From Chrysomallon squamiferum (taxonomy: Eukaryota > Animalia > Mollusca): 64,000 nucleotides of DNA. Numbering within the stretch: the stretch's first letter is position 1; each line of letters starts with the position of its first letter. The stretch covers positions 10,850,001 to 10,914,000 of the forward strand of contig CM022666.1 of assembly GCA_012295275.1 (NCBI GenBank), in the 5' to 3' direction. Below the pieces are notes generated by a model, which was not told the DNA's origin, did not search any database, and saw only the letters and a program-made list of their open reading frames with translations. The position numbers were made by a program, and so were the translations under genes. Below are positions 12,793-26,496 of this stretch, in pieces.

Positions 12793-14651
12793 TACTCACA
12801 CACGCATATATGCATGTGTGTCCATGTGGTTGCACATGAGTGTATTGTTCTATGTATGTACGTTATTTATACTTTTATAAAGTTATTTATTTCTTTACTT
12901 CTTTATTCAATTTTTTATGTCCTTATGTCCATGTATATTTATATTAACTAAGTAAAATAAGTAAATATAAAAAAAGTTTATAAATAACCAAACAGATAAC
13001 AGTTAAAATGTGTTAACTAAATAAATAAACAGCCAACATAGATATAAACAATAAATACCAAAACTACATACAAAATATATATATAATAAAATACATAATG
13101 AAATGAATTTTAGAAGTTTTTTTAAAAGAATGTATTTCCACAAAACATGTGAAACCATCACATAAACCTAGAAAAAACAAGTCATGATTTAATATGATTT
13201 AGTGCATCTCTGTGTGTATGTATATGTATGTGTATATGTGTGCTTGGGTATGTATGTTTATATGTGTGCTTGGGTATGTGTATGTATGTGTATATGTGTG
13301 CGTGGGTACGTGTATGTATGTGTGTGTATATATGTGTGTATGTATGTGTGTGTATATATGTGTGTATGTATATATGTTTATGTCTATATGTGTGTGTGTG
13401 TGTATGTACACTTATGTGTGTATGTGTAAGTTAGAGCGCGCGTGCTTGGATGAAATCATTTAGTTGGTGTTTTGTTTTTACCAGTTTTTGTGTTTCTCTC
13501 TTTTTATGATACTTCTCAATATCAGTATGTTCAGCATCTGTTTTGACAGGTGCATATCAATACATTATTATACACACGTTATTTTTATATGACAATGTTT
13601 TGGTGTTGTTGTTTTTTATACAGATATAAATACTTTGTGTATGTATATATGTGTGTGTGTGTGTCTGAGTGTGTGTGTTTGTGAGAGAGAGAGAGAAAGA
13701 GAGATAGAGAGAATATGTGTATATGCATATATACAAATATACCTAATAACATAAAAACAGGCGATTTAAATAACCCAGGAAAATGATTTAAAAACTATTA
13801 AATACTCGTCATTCTTAAATACAGTTAGGATTTGTTATTCGGATTTGTTATGTATTAAACCAGGCATCTGGACAGGTGTGTGTTAACTGAGGTATATAGA
13901 CAGGTAGATGATAAAACGGTGTAGTACTTACTCTGCGGTGAGCTACTGGTCGTGTCAAGCTGACGGGGTTAGTACACGTGTGTCAGTGTGTATGTATTGC
14001 TCGTTTATTCCTTCGATTCAAGCTGCGTTAAGTTGCAGCTGTTGCACTTCTACGTGGCATTTGCCTGTATATTTAAATACTGCGCTGAATGCAGTAAATT
14101 GTGTGTGTGTACTAGTTTATACACAGCATATAGCGGAGTTACCGATTTTTCTCATTTTTCAAAGTTAAAAAAGACAGACATATTTTACTTTTATTTATTT
14201 ATATTTTTTCATAACAGAAGCGCAGACACACACAGGCACACATGCAATATGCACACACACACACACATGCACACACTGACACATACTTACTCATACATAC
14301 TCTCTCACAATCACACACGTACTCGTATACACATACTTCCACACACACGCATACGCACATATATATAGACATATACACATACACACATTCACATACATAC
14401 ACACACACTCACACACATATACACACACATACTATATATAACTGAATGCAAATATTATTTTCTTTTATCTGTTACGATTCTTTTTGTGTTACAGTGTGTA
14501 AATTATTTTTATAATTATAACTCCTATTATTATTATTACTACTACTACTACCACTACTGCGATTACTTCTATTAATATTAGCATTACTATTACTACTACA
14601 TTACTACTTCTATTATTATTATTTTATTATTATTATGATTATTATTATTAT

Positions 14652-14686
<35 letters not shown>

Positions 14687-15271
14687 AAAAGACATATTAC
14701 AGTGTTCAATAAAAGTATTATTCAGACGCTGAATAATAATAATAACAATAATAATAATAATAATAACAACAACAATAATAATACAATAAGAATAATAATA
14801 ATAACAACAACAATAAGAATAATAATAACAACGACAATAATAAGAACAATAAGAAGAAAGCTGGATACGACAAAGGGATGATGATGATGATGACGACGAT
14901 GATGATGATGATGTGCAATTTGTCTCTTCTGTACACTTTGGCTATGAAATGCCTATCCAAGAACTATAGTCTTTCTGAGTATTTGTAATCCAAGTATGAC
15001 TCGTACGTTAAAAAACATCTACGTATTGTTTTCACGACTACAAGATACTAAAGTTTGAAATTAAGTTCCTAACAAAAACGTAGTCATTCTGTTTTTGTAA
15101 ATATCCATTAGTCCGTTATGTCATGTCTTTCATTCCATCTGTCCACCGTTTTATCATTCTGTCCGTGTGTAGACCCTGTGTTTATATGTATATAATCTAC
15201 GTACTCATATGTATGTATACATGCACCATGTGTGTGTATGTGTGGATGTGAGTGTGTGTGTGTGTGTCTGT

Positions 15272-15308
<37 letters not shown>

Positions 15309-16058
15309 GCAGTCTCTCTCTTCTGAATATGGTATTTTGAACTATTTAGCATTATTATGACTTGAATTATTTCTTCCTGTTGTTGTTGGTGTTTTTTTTG
15401 TGAGATTATCTCTTTATCAATATGTTTGATCAGTCAGCTGGTAACTCTATCGATCACCAAAACTCATCAGCCATTGTCCGAGCATGCATGTCTGCATTCC
15501 TCGCCGTTAGAGCGCTCGCCAAGAAGGAACATTATAAAACAACACCGCGATTGTAAATAGTTCATTTCATCTAACTTTACAATCGTCCGCAAGACAAAGA
15601 TCAAAACACGAATTGTTTCGCCTAATCATCGCCAACGGCAACGACAACTCAGAAAACACGGTTCCGCTAATTTGTTTTGAGTTGCGCGATCTCTAGCGAG
15701 TTCGTGTTGTTTTCATCATCATGGAGCGTTCAGCATTTCGCGTGAATTATTCAGACTCAGAGACTCTAACTAGCTCCACTCTCGCGCGATTCTTAGTGAG
15801 GCGAAAACCGTGCGTTCGTCTGTCTTTGTGTTCGACAAGACCGGCGGGACGATCGGGTTTGTCTGCGACATTGTCAACACAAACGTTGTGATCGGTGTCG
15901 TAAATATTTGATGCACTCCGTCATGGTGATTTATCAATTAGCAGATACCTAATAGCGAGGTGAATAGACAATCAGCCGTACAGCGACAACGTCAGAGCGA
16001 CACGAATCATTTGCGTAGAAAGAATGTCCCAGCTTCTTATCATCTGATAAATTATCTA

Positions 16059-16114
<56 letters not shown>

Positions 16115-16753
16115 ATGCTTTTACCGGTAGATCAATTGTATATCCATTTTGTGTCTGTTTGTATACGTACATACACACTCATATACACACAAATACTCTC
16201 ATAAATACATACATACCAAAAAACCTACTTACATATGCACATACATACATGCATCAATATATACATGTATATTATATATGCATACTCACACAGATACATA
16301 AAGATAAAATATAAAAACACAAACTTACATACATGCACACATACATACATACATCAACGTGCAAACACACACATATTTAGATATGAAAAATGTAAATATT
16401 AAATAAATTGATTAAAAGAAAAGCATGGAATAAAAAATAAAAATTAACAATAAGTAAATTAAATATTGAATATGTTTATTGAAATATTAAATTACAAAGA
16501 TTTTAGTTACAACATACAAATCAAGCAAAGCGTTTACTATCAATGCCTTTTGCAAACCCTACTAGTAGTAGTTCTTCTTGTAAATGAGTATGTGTACTAA
16601 CAGCAATAATAGTAATAGTAAATAAACCATTTATTGTTTGTTCTTTTTACAAAAATAAAAAAATGTAAAAATATTAATTTAAATTTTCATGCTGCTGTTG
16701 TGGATGATATTGTTGGCGTCGTTAAATGTGCACACCGGCAGCAGTATAAGAAG

Positions 16754-18067
16754 TTAACTATTTAACAGTCTCAGTCTTCCTTTCCGTATTGCAGTTATCA
16801 CAGACAGGTTGTCGTCGTCAACGTGACTGCAGTCGTGTTTTGATAAGTCCAGCTGAAAACAAAACATTTTACTGCAAACAGGACACTTGTACGGACAGAC
16901 GAACAGTCTTTTTCTCGCTCTGTTTCTAGACTTCATTCCTTTCCATAGAGAACCAGGTGAATTATTTGAAGATACAGTTTGTAACTGAACATCCAGAGGC
17001 TGAGAGATCGAGTCGCGGTGGTAAATTTCTAAGTCTTTATTTGTGGACATTTCTGTATCAGTTTTTAATCGTTTTGGAGAAGACTCGTGTGAATTGTGAC
17101 TTATTTCTTCATCAGTGTTTCGTTTAGTGCTGTTTGGAGCTGAGGATGTGGTTTTAGTGTTAAATTCATTTTTCGCTGGTTTGTCGTAATCTAAAACTTC
17201 ACTATGTGAGCCAGGCGATGTCTCTGGTACCTTTTGCCTTCTTTTCTTAACTGTATGCGAATTTGAGTGAGTCTGCCTTAGCCTATCTGGAAGCAGACGA
17301 TATCTTGGCAAAAGGCGGGAACTCTGTGACGTCGTCGTGTGCTGTGGCTGTTCAAACATTACACTGCTGTAATCAGGCGACAAACCAAAGAGAGGCTGGA
17401 AACTGTTTCCTGACTGTGCTGTTGGTTTTCTCAAATGAACTTTCTGATGTCTTTCCAAATTACTCTTATGACTAGTCGCGTAGCCGCAGAGGTCGCAGCT
17501 GAAATCCTTTCGTCCACTGTGCACTGTCAGATGACGTCGTAGCAGTGCCTTTCGACAAAAATTTCGAGAACAGATCTGACACCTGTAACCTCCTCTGTGG
17601 AAGAGTCCAACATGGTCACGTAGCAATGACTTGCTCTGAAAGACAATACCACAGCACTCCAGTGTCTTGGTACATTCCTGGTGCATGGTGACAATATGGC
17701 GCTTCAAATTGTTCTTTCGGTCCGTGATGTATCGACACTGAGGACATTTAAACGTCCTTTGTTCCTCCTGTCCCAGCTCTTCGTCGTGTGTCTGTGGCAC
17801 TTTGGCAGAGCAAACGGTTCTGTGCCTTGTACACGAATTTCCACTGTATGACGAAGAAGAACGAACATCTGAGTGTGGAGATCCTGGCCTGGAAGTTGTT
17901 ACTTCAGAACTAATGTGTGCTGCAGTACGAGTATTTACGGTTGGTGACGGAAATCCGCGGAAATCAACGAAGATGTCGCTGTAAGGGATCATTCTTGAAG
18001 ACGGGATGGACTGAAAGCAGTGACCGAATTTGAACTGTTTCCCCAACACTAAATCTGATAACGTCAT
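16754..18067 (-). CDS. C2H2 zinc-finger transcription factor, about 437 aa (4-finger cluster plus C-terminal C2HC finger), single coding exon
   Basis: Fingers FKCPQC..HIVTMH, LECCG..HVGLFH (atypical CC), YRCQIC..HLTVH, FSCDLC..HQKVH and YKCPVC..HDC. The first in-frame ATG is at 18067 (the track start is GTG). Acceptor tattttacag lies at 18111-18120. Confidence 0.9.
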   Translation of the reverse strand: MTLSDLVLGKQFKFGHCFQSIPSSRMIPYSDIFVDFRGFPSPTVNTRTAAHISSEVTTSRPGSPHSDVRSSSSYSGNSCTRHRTVCSAKVPQTHDEELGQEEQRTFKCPQCRYITDRKNNLKRHIVTMHQECTKTLECCGIVFQSKSLLRDHVGLFHRGGYRCQICSRNFCRKALLRRHLTVHSGRKDFSCDLCGYATSHKSNLERHQKVHLRKPTAQSGNSFQPLFGLSPDYSSVMFEQPQHTTTSQSSRLLPRYRLLPDRLRQTHSNSHTVKKRRQKVPETSPGSHSEVLDYDKPAKNEFNTKTTSSAPNSTKRNTDEEISHNSHESSPKRLKTDTEMSTNKDLEIYHRDSISQPLDVQLQTVSSNNSPGSLWKGMKSRNRARKRLFVCPYKCPVCSKMFCFQLDLSKHDCSHVDDDNLSVITAIRKGRLRLLNS

Positions 18068-18327
18068 CTTGTGATAGGTCGTCACGACTTGAAACTGTCA
18101 CACATTCTGTCTGTAAAATAAAAATAAACATTAGAATGCACGCCATAACGAACCTCCTAAGAACCCCTCCCGCATTCGTAAGATATTCAAAAATACACCA
18201 CTAACTGTGAACTTTCTTACACTGCTTATTAAACTTTATAGATAAGACAGGCAGGAAGTGTTTCAATTAGAATTTTCAATATGCACAAATACTGAATTTC
18301 TGTGAAACCATTTGCGTTTATGACAAT

Positions 18328-18377
<50 letters not shown>

Positions 18378-18548
18378 TTCGTCTTCTTCAAATTATTATT
18401 ATTAGTTATTGTTGTTGTTATTATAATTTTATTATTTGTTTATAATGTAGCATAAATGATAATAATACCAATAACAACAATTACAATATCAATAATAATG
18501 ATGATAATATTAATGATGATGATAATGATGATGATAATAATAATAATA

Positions 18549-18616
<68 letters not shown>

Positions 18617-19054
18617 GCACTGGCACTTGCAAAGGGCAGGCACTGAAACTGAAGCCGTCTGAACACCTGACCCCCTCCTTTCAGATAAGTTTGCTATAAA
18701 ATCAGCTCAGAAACACTCGCCACGTTTAACACAAAGAGCCCGCTGACATCCCCCTTCACGTGGGGCCCAAGCCTCGACCCATACACACCATACCTTAGCT
18801 ACACAATTGTCGTCACCACCATTACTTACAACAACAACAACGACAACAACAAGAACAGTAGTAGTAGTAGTTGTTGTTGTTGTTGTAGTAGTAGTAGTAC
18901 AGCAGCAAAATATTGAGAACAAGTCCAATAATAATAAAATAAAAATAATAGAAATATCAATAAGAACAACCAAAACAAAAATAATAATATAGTAATAATA
19001 ATAATAATAACGACAAAAACAACAAAAACAACAACAATAATAATAATAATTACG

Positions 19055-19114
<60 letters not shown>

Positions 19115-19844
19115 GCAATAAAATGAAAGTAATGATGACAATAATGTCGGTGTATTCTTTCAAAGGAAATTACTGGAAGTTTTATGTTTTCTCACTAATT
19201 GTTCAGACTTTCATATTTTATTTAGACGAAGATGACGTTGTGTTTCTGTATGCACACAGAGATAAAACACAGTATTAACGCACAAAACGGGGATTATACA
19301 AGATTAGAAACATCTGAATGTAAAAAGATTAATGTGTACTTCTGTGCGTCTGTGAGTCTCTCTGTGTGTGAGCGTTTTCGTTTTTATATATGTTAAATAT
19401 CACTACACTTTGCGCGTGCGCGTGTGTGTGTGTGTGTGATTTTTCACTATACAGTCACTGATGATGATGATGGTGATGATGAATAAATAAATCAATAAAT
19501 AAATAAACAAATAAACAAATAAACAAATAAAAATAAAATAAAATAAAGCAAACAAATAAAATAGTATTATATTTATTATTATTATTACTGCTGCTACTAC
19601 TACAACCACTACCATTACTAATATTACTACTAGTACCATAAAAAAAAGTGTGTATGTGTTTATCTATAGACTGACATACAGGCAGACAGTCTGACAGCTA
19701 TGCAATGGACAGACCAACAGACAGGTACAGTAAACAGAGCGACAGAGAGACAAATATTGCTAGGTACCTGTTTATTTATTCATTTCTTTATTTATTTATT
19801 AGTGTTATTATTACTTACAATAATAAATAATTATTGTCGTTGTG

Positions 19845-19891
<47 letters not shown>

Positions 19892-21046
19892 AAAAAGAGA
19901 GTTACAAAGACGTTATGTATATAACTTTCTAATATTGTAATATTTCGTAACATTATTATTATGCGAAACTGTTCAGATAACCCCGAATAAGATAATATCA
20001 TAATATCAGTTAATACATTAACGTAGATAGAAAACCTTTCTACAGCATACACTACTATTAAAGACACACGTAATACGGAACAGCATAACATAGGGTAATG
20101 AATTATAATCAAACACGAAATAATATATATTTGGAAATAGACAAGCATAAAACATAATATTGCATAATGCAACATAATAATAGTATGGCATAATGTAGAA
20201 TACAATTAGAGTAAATATACTGTTACTGCAATAAAATAATTAATATAACAATATAATAAACATTTTTTAATTCAAGATATCGCTATATAATGATAAATAA
20301 ATTTATATGTGATAATTGTAGTATAAGAAATGATTATACTACAATACTGTTTAAATATACTGATTCAGACATTAAAAAAATAATAATAATAAAAATATAA
20401 AACAAACACACACACACACACACAGAGACAGACAGACACACACACACACACACACAACAACAACATTTCAACCAAGATGCTGTCATCCGACAACGCAAGT
20501 TCATTAACCTTTGACAACAAAGATTGCATTGATCAAATTATCTTTTATTTTAATAAATTTTGTTAGATAATATTCCAGCACATTGTATTATATGGATAAA
20601 CGACGTGTATTTATTTATACTGTATAAAATATGATATTATTAATTTATAGTATAAAAGAAAATATATATGTATATATATATATATATAAAATGGTAGACA
20701 TAATCGGGGAATCTAATCGATTTCATTACATAGAAACTGGAACTTAGGTGATTCTGCCATCATGTGTCAGCTCAGATTTAGAATGAGCAGAAGACGCACT
20801 GTCCACAGACTGTCTAATTTATGAAATAGAAACAAAAATTGTAGAAACCCGAGCATGAAAAAAACTGTATCAGTACTCGTGAACAAATTACGAATAACGT
20901 CTTTTATAAATAGACCTATGCACCGCGAATAAATAAAACTGACGATATTCATAAAAAAACATGCATAAAGTTCAGTATGTTTTATATTTATAATGCTGTA
21001 AAAAAGAGAAGATTCCAGTGTAAATAAAATGTAAATCAGAACTTAC

Positions 21047-21115
21047 CTGTAATGAAGGTGAGCTAATCTCGGCAGTTAATTAGCGTGTACGTCTTGACAG
21101 TACAATTCAGCAATG
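21047..21115 (-). other. Probable non-coding exon 1 of the 16754-18067 zinc-finger gene
   Basis: Consensus donor CAG|GTAAGT at 21047/21046, downstream of a TTTATAT box. The 5' end is estimated from TATA spacing. Confidence 0.55.
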
Positions 21116-21139
21116 TCTTCATCGTCATACCTCCAGTCC

Positions 21140-21894
21140 ATATAAAGTCGAGTCGGTGACAGTAAGCATCACGTGACCGTCATTCCATCCAATAGCGTGC
21201 GCCGTCAAGCGAAGCAAAGTTTTATCAATGAAACCTTCAAGACCACATCTTGATTCATAAAAATACTGCATGAATGAAAACATATTTACCGTGGGAACAG
21301 CTGATGTTTACGGAAGAGCGCGCGCGCTTATGACGTAGCTGATAGGTCCTTTTAATTTTTTTTTTTTTTTTTTTTATTTTTTTTTTTTTTTTTTTAAGCA
21401 AAATGTACAAAAGAAGTGAACCGAATCTTTTCACTTTTAAACCTTCTTTTTAATTGACAATTTTAAGTCTTGTATTTCGGAGAGTGGAATGATCGTGTTT
21501 TTTTTTTCATTCTTTCTACTTATTCTTCTTCTTCCTCTTTTTTTTAATTTTTTTTTTTAATTTAAATAGATAATCTTGCTGTCTGTCATAGCATCCTTGG
21601 TAACGCTACCAGTCATATCATTTATGACTGCGTGAAATTCTCACCCAGTTTACAAATGCCGTTTCTCCGTGTCACGCTTTCTACTAATTAATATTTCATT
21701 GACTTTCCCTTTGTCGGAATGTCACATCCACTGATATTTGGCGTCCTCTTCAAACGACGCACGTGCACAGATTTCCCCGTGTGTTGCGCTTCGTACACCG
21801 CCATTGTGCAGGGAGAGATAGCGGTACATTTACTAGAAACCGTCATGCATAATTGAGAGAATCACGTGCTGCACGAACTAACTGGTCACGTGAC
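21140..21894 (-). promoter_or_regulatory. Promoter region with TATA-like box, CCAAT, CRE-like site and four CACGTG E-boxes
   Basis: TTTATAT at about 21140-21146. CACGTG at 21170, 21760, 21863 and 21887 (GTCACGTGAC). CCAAT at 21189 and TGACGT at 21331. CpG-rich against an AT-rich background. Confidence 0.55.
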
Positions 21895-22497
21895 GGACTG
21901 GGAAAGCAGAAACCAGATGTGTTCACACGGCTCTGACACCTGTTAGTGACAGTGTGTCAGTTAATAATTAACACACGTTAATTAATATAGCAGCTCATAA
22001 GCATTAAAGTCTGAACTTTCTTATAATACGAGTGTGTGTGTGAACGTGTGTGTGAACGTGTGTGTGACTGTTTTTATTTATCTATTGTTGTGTGTCGCTC
22101 TCGCCTGCCCTATGTCTGCATTTTCGTTTTCTCTCTCACTACCAGATGCAATGCATGTTAAAATAAATATATAACACTTACTCAGTATGTATGTATGTGT
22201 GTATATGTATGTATGTATATGTATATGTACTTACGTACGTATGTCAGATATGAAGGCTGTCGTTTCCTCTCTATCCATAAAGACAATATATTACTTTTTA
22301 TTATTATAACTTTTTATATTAAGAATAATAATCACAGTCTGCATTATTGTTGTTGTTGTTGTTACGTTACTTGTCGTCACGGACGGATCTGTTATGAAAC
22401 TATTGAAACATAAACTTCAAGGCCTCTAATACAGGAGGAGCTACTAGGAGCGACTTTAGTCCATACTGGTTCTAAATCTGAGATACTGTGGTTAGAT

Positions 22498-22536
<39 letters not shown>

Positions 22537-22783
22537 TACATTTTTATTTTTTTTAAATTATGGTGATCTATCTTGGAAAAAGCCCATTGAAGTCCCATTG
22601 GTGCTTGCGAAGAGTCAGTCCCTATACTCGTTTTAGAAATGTAGGTTCCCCATAGACTGATGTTGTTGTAGCAGCAGAAATAGTAGTAATAATAGTTAGC
22701 AGAAGAAGTAGTAATAGTATCTGCTGCTGTAATAGCACTGGTAGAAGTAGTAGAGTAATAACAGCAACAATAGTAGCAGCAGC

Positions 22784-23007
22784 AGCAAAAGTAAGAATAG
22801 TGGTAACAGCAACTGTATTAACGGTAGCAGCAACATAGTTACAATGTTGGGTTATTTAATATATGGAGCTTTGTTTTTAAATTGTTTTTAAGTTCATGAA
22901 ATTATAAAAATAACAATATAACAGGGATATCAATGAAAATTAAATAAATTAAACAAAAACTGATAATTAAAAAACAACAATAACAAAAAAAATAAACCTC
23001 AGAAAAC
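22784..23007 (+). repeat. Dispersed repeat, copy 2 (see 10012-10200)
   Basis: Direct sequence similarity with small indels. Confidence 0.85.
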
Positions 23008-23017
23008 AACTTTCAAA

Positions 23018-23096
<79 letters not shown>

Positions 23097-23717
23097 TAAA
23101 TAAATAAATAAATAAACATTATATTTACACCAAAAGCTAAAGAATATTTTACATACAGTGAGATTATCTTTAATTGTTTTAAATCTTTTTATCCTGATAT
23201 TTTTGCAGAAAGAAAACCAACCAAAGAAACAAACAAAAATTAAAATAATAGTAATAATAATAATAATAATAATAATTTTGCCAATTTTATTTATTTTATA
23301 CTGATCATTTATTTCGTCGAGAATAGATTTGTTTCTGCATCGTAATCAAAAATGTATCTTGAATCATGGAAGACATAGTCTATATTTATTTGCTGTATTT
23401 ATTTTTTATTCAGTTTTAATTATTAAGGAAGTATAACAACAAAAGTCCAGTTTTCAAATCTCTTGGAGATATATTTTCTACGATCTTGTGACGTCATCTC
23501 GTACACTTCAACTGTTTGCTCTTCTAATACTTATTGTCAGGAAATACAACTACCACTCTGTTACAAATCCAGCGGCGTTCATCAGTTTCATTTAATTACT
23601 ATAACAATAGTAAGATGCTCAAAACACTAAAATAATGATTTGGATAGATAAAGAATTTTAACTGGATCACTTATTTGTATCGCACTGATATATACACTTT
23701 AAATCATTAAGACATTG

Positions 23718-23843
<126 letters not shown>

Positions 23844-25527
23844 TACGAATAAAAGACTGAGATTTAATTTTTATTTAATAATTTTTATTATTCTTTTTAT
23901 TTATTTATTTTTTTTAAATATTATTTTATTTATTTACTTGTTTGTTTGTTGGTTTATTAATGTGAGCTGTTGAATGATGGAAATTATGATTGATATCATC
24001 GGCTCTACATTAAGCACAGTATGAATGGATTAAGAATTAAGGACACCTTTGAGAGACAGAAGTATGAAACTTATTAATATATTTCTTTGGAGAAACAGCA
24101 ATCTTTCATTACTGCATTACGTCATTATATGTATAAACACAAACAACACACACACACACATGCAGTCAGTCATTCATTCATTCACATATTAATTTTTGTA
24201 ATTATAATATTAATATTTTCTGGTTAATGCCCGATAGACAATAGCAGCATTGCTGAAGTTGCTGATATTTCTGTGACGTAGTTGTTGCGGATGTTGAAAT
24301 TGAAATACAAATTGCATTTATTAGTTTTCCTAATTACATGATTAGAAAGAAATTCGAAAATCACAATGATGACGACGAAAATGAAGAAGCATTACAACAA
24401 AACAAAGAACTCGATAAATAATTTATAAAAAGATATTTTTAAGACATCTGCTACGACAATGTTAAAATTTAAAACATGTTAGAAACAAGAAAAAAAATGT
24501 ATTATAATGAATCAACTGAGAAAGATTTGGGCGTGGTCGAGGAGTGGATCTCGTGGGATCAGAACACGTGTTAACAGACGTCTGCTAAATGAAAGCCTGT
24601 TCTCCCTGAAGCATCATCGTTTCAGACGTCATGGACAATATGGTCTGTGTTTGTCGACGTCAAAAGCCGAGACGATTTAGTTTGGTGTGACATTAGGAAC
24701 TGACGTGTAACGCGTGACGGAAACAAACGAGAGATTTCGGCAGACGAGTACGACATTTCCGGTTTTTCTAGCCGCTTTTGAAAGACGTTCGTTCGTACGT
24801 CTGCTTCGAAATATCTCGTAATTATGTCGTGAGAAATTTTTGAGAGAGAGAAAAAAATTCACTTTACAGATCTCTGCCAATTAGACTAGTGCGAAATGAG
24901 CTAATGAGGATTTGTGAAACTTGCTCTTGAACGTTTTCGACACTTTTATCTTGTAACAAATGTGACAAACACAGACATTGTTACAAGCAGAAAAGTTCAA
25001 CAAAAGAACGTGCTGTTGACCTGATATTCTTAGTGATTGCTGATAACGTGTGAAGATCGGTACAGGTGAAAGTGTCTACCTTTGTTCTCAATTAATATCA
25101 TTCCATGTTGACACAATTTTTGTCAACAAAATAACACGAGCGACTCCGTGTGTCATCATTCCGGAACGTGCCTCGCTCGCGCGCGACTCGCTGCTAATTG
25201 ACGACAAAGCAGACGATAATCTATAGACTGGTACGCTGCGTAAACATCAACTTGTCCTGTGATGGCGCAGCGGAAAGAATGGTTTCGTCTGGTATACATG
25301 TCTGTTTGTTATAACTGGTATTTGATTGAAAGAGTTTAGGCGAATATTGTAGGAAAGCGATTAAAGAAAACAGAAAGACTGTTAGTTAAACGTGTTGGTA
25401 AATATTAGTTTTCTTAGAAAATGGAAAAAACTTGAGTCTGGATTTGGTCTGCAATAGTTTTGAAACCGGAAGTGCGAAGCATCTGGGATGAGATGATGTA
25501 AACAAATACAGTTTATGCAAGTACGCT

Positions 25528-25579
<52 letters not shown>

Positions 25580-25831
25580 ACTGATTTAGAAATAAATAAA
25601 ATCAATTTAAAATAAAGTATTGCCTATCATTTAGCTGATCACATTTTTGAGGTATGTGATCGTGGATTTAATAGTTTTACGTGGTATTTAAAACCGAACG
25701 CTTTAGCTAGTAAAAGTTGACATTTTAGTGGTGTTAAATCGACAGTTACCTACCTCTTATTCTTTATCGTCCTTTTATTTCTACTATGGATTCCAGATTA
25801 AATTTTGTTTATAATTATATTTCAAGGTTAA

Positions 25832-25878
<47 letters not shown>

Positions 25879-26287
25879 ATACAAACAAACAAACAAACAA
25901 ACAAAATTATACTTCCATCTAACTAATTTGTTCTATATGTTACTAGTAATCAGGATGAAAAAAAAATATATATATATGGATCTTTTTATTTGTTATTTTA
26001 TTTTTATGAATATTTTCCAGTTTTTTTCTAACAATAATGGAACAAGTCAGTGTAAACGATTTTCCATTCACTGCTTATGAGGTCAGCTTCCTATGTTTAC
26101 TGATATAAATTACATTTATAGCGACGAGTTTCCCATGACAGAAAACTGGAATAAAACAAAAATTAAATATTTCCTTTTTATTTAAAATAAAGTAATTTCC
26201 TAGTTGATACCGATATGCGTTTGATTAGCAACACACCTCGACACGCTGCATTATTTGTTTGTTTATAATATATTTTATTTTATTTCT

Positions 26288-26496
<209 letters not shown>

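Noticed and set aside
14018-14042. aagctgcgttaagttgcagctgt as a miR-22/745-like microRNA
   Set aside because: The seed differs (AGCTGCG versus AGCTGCC) and no convincing precursor hairpin was seen.
18068-18085. Track start of the 443-aa zinc-finger ORF
   Set aside because: It is a GTG start from a prokaryote-style caller. The first in-frame ATG is at 18067.
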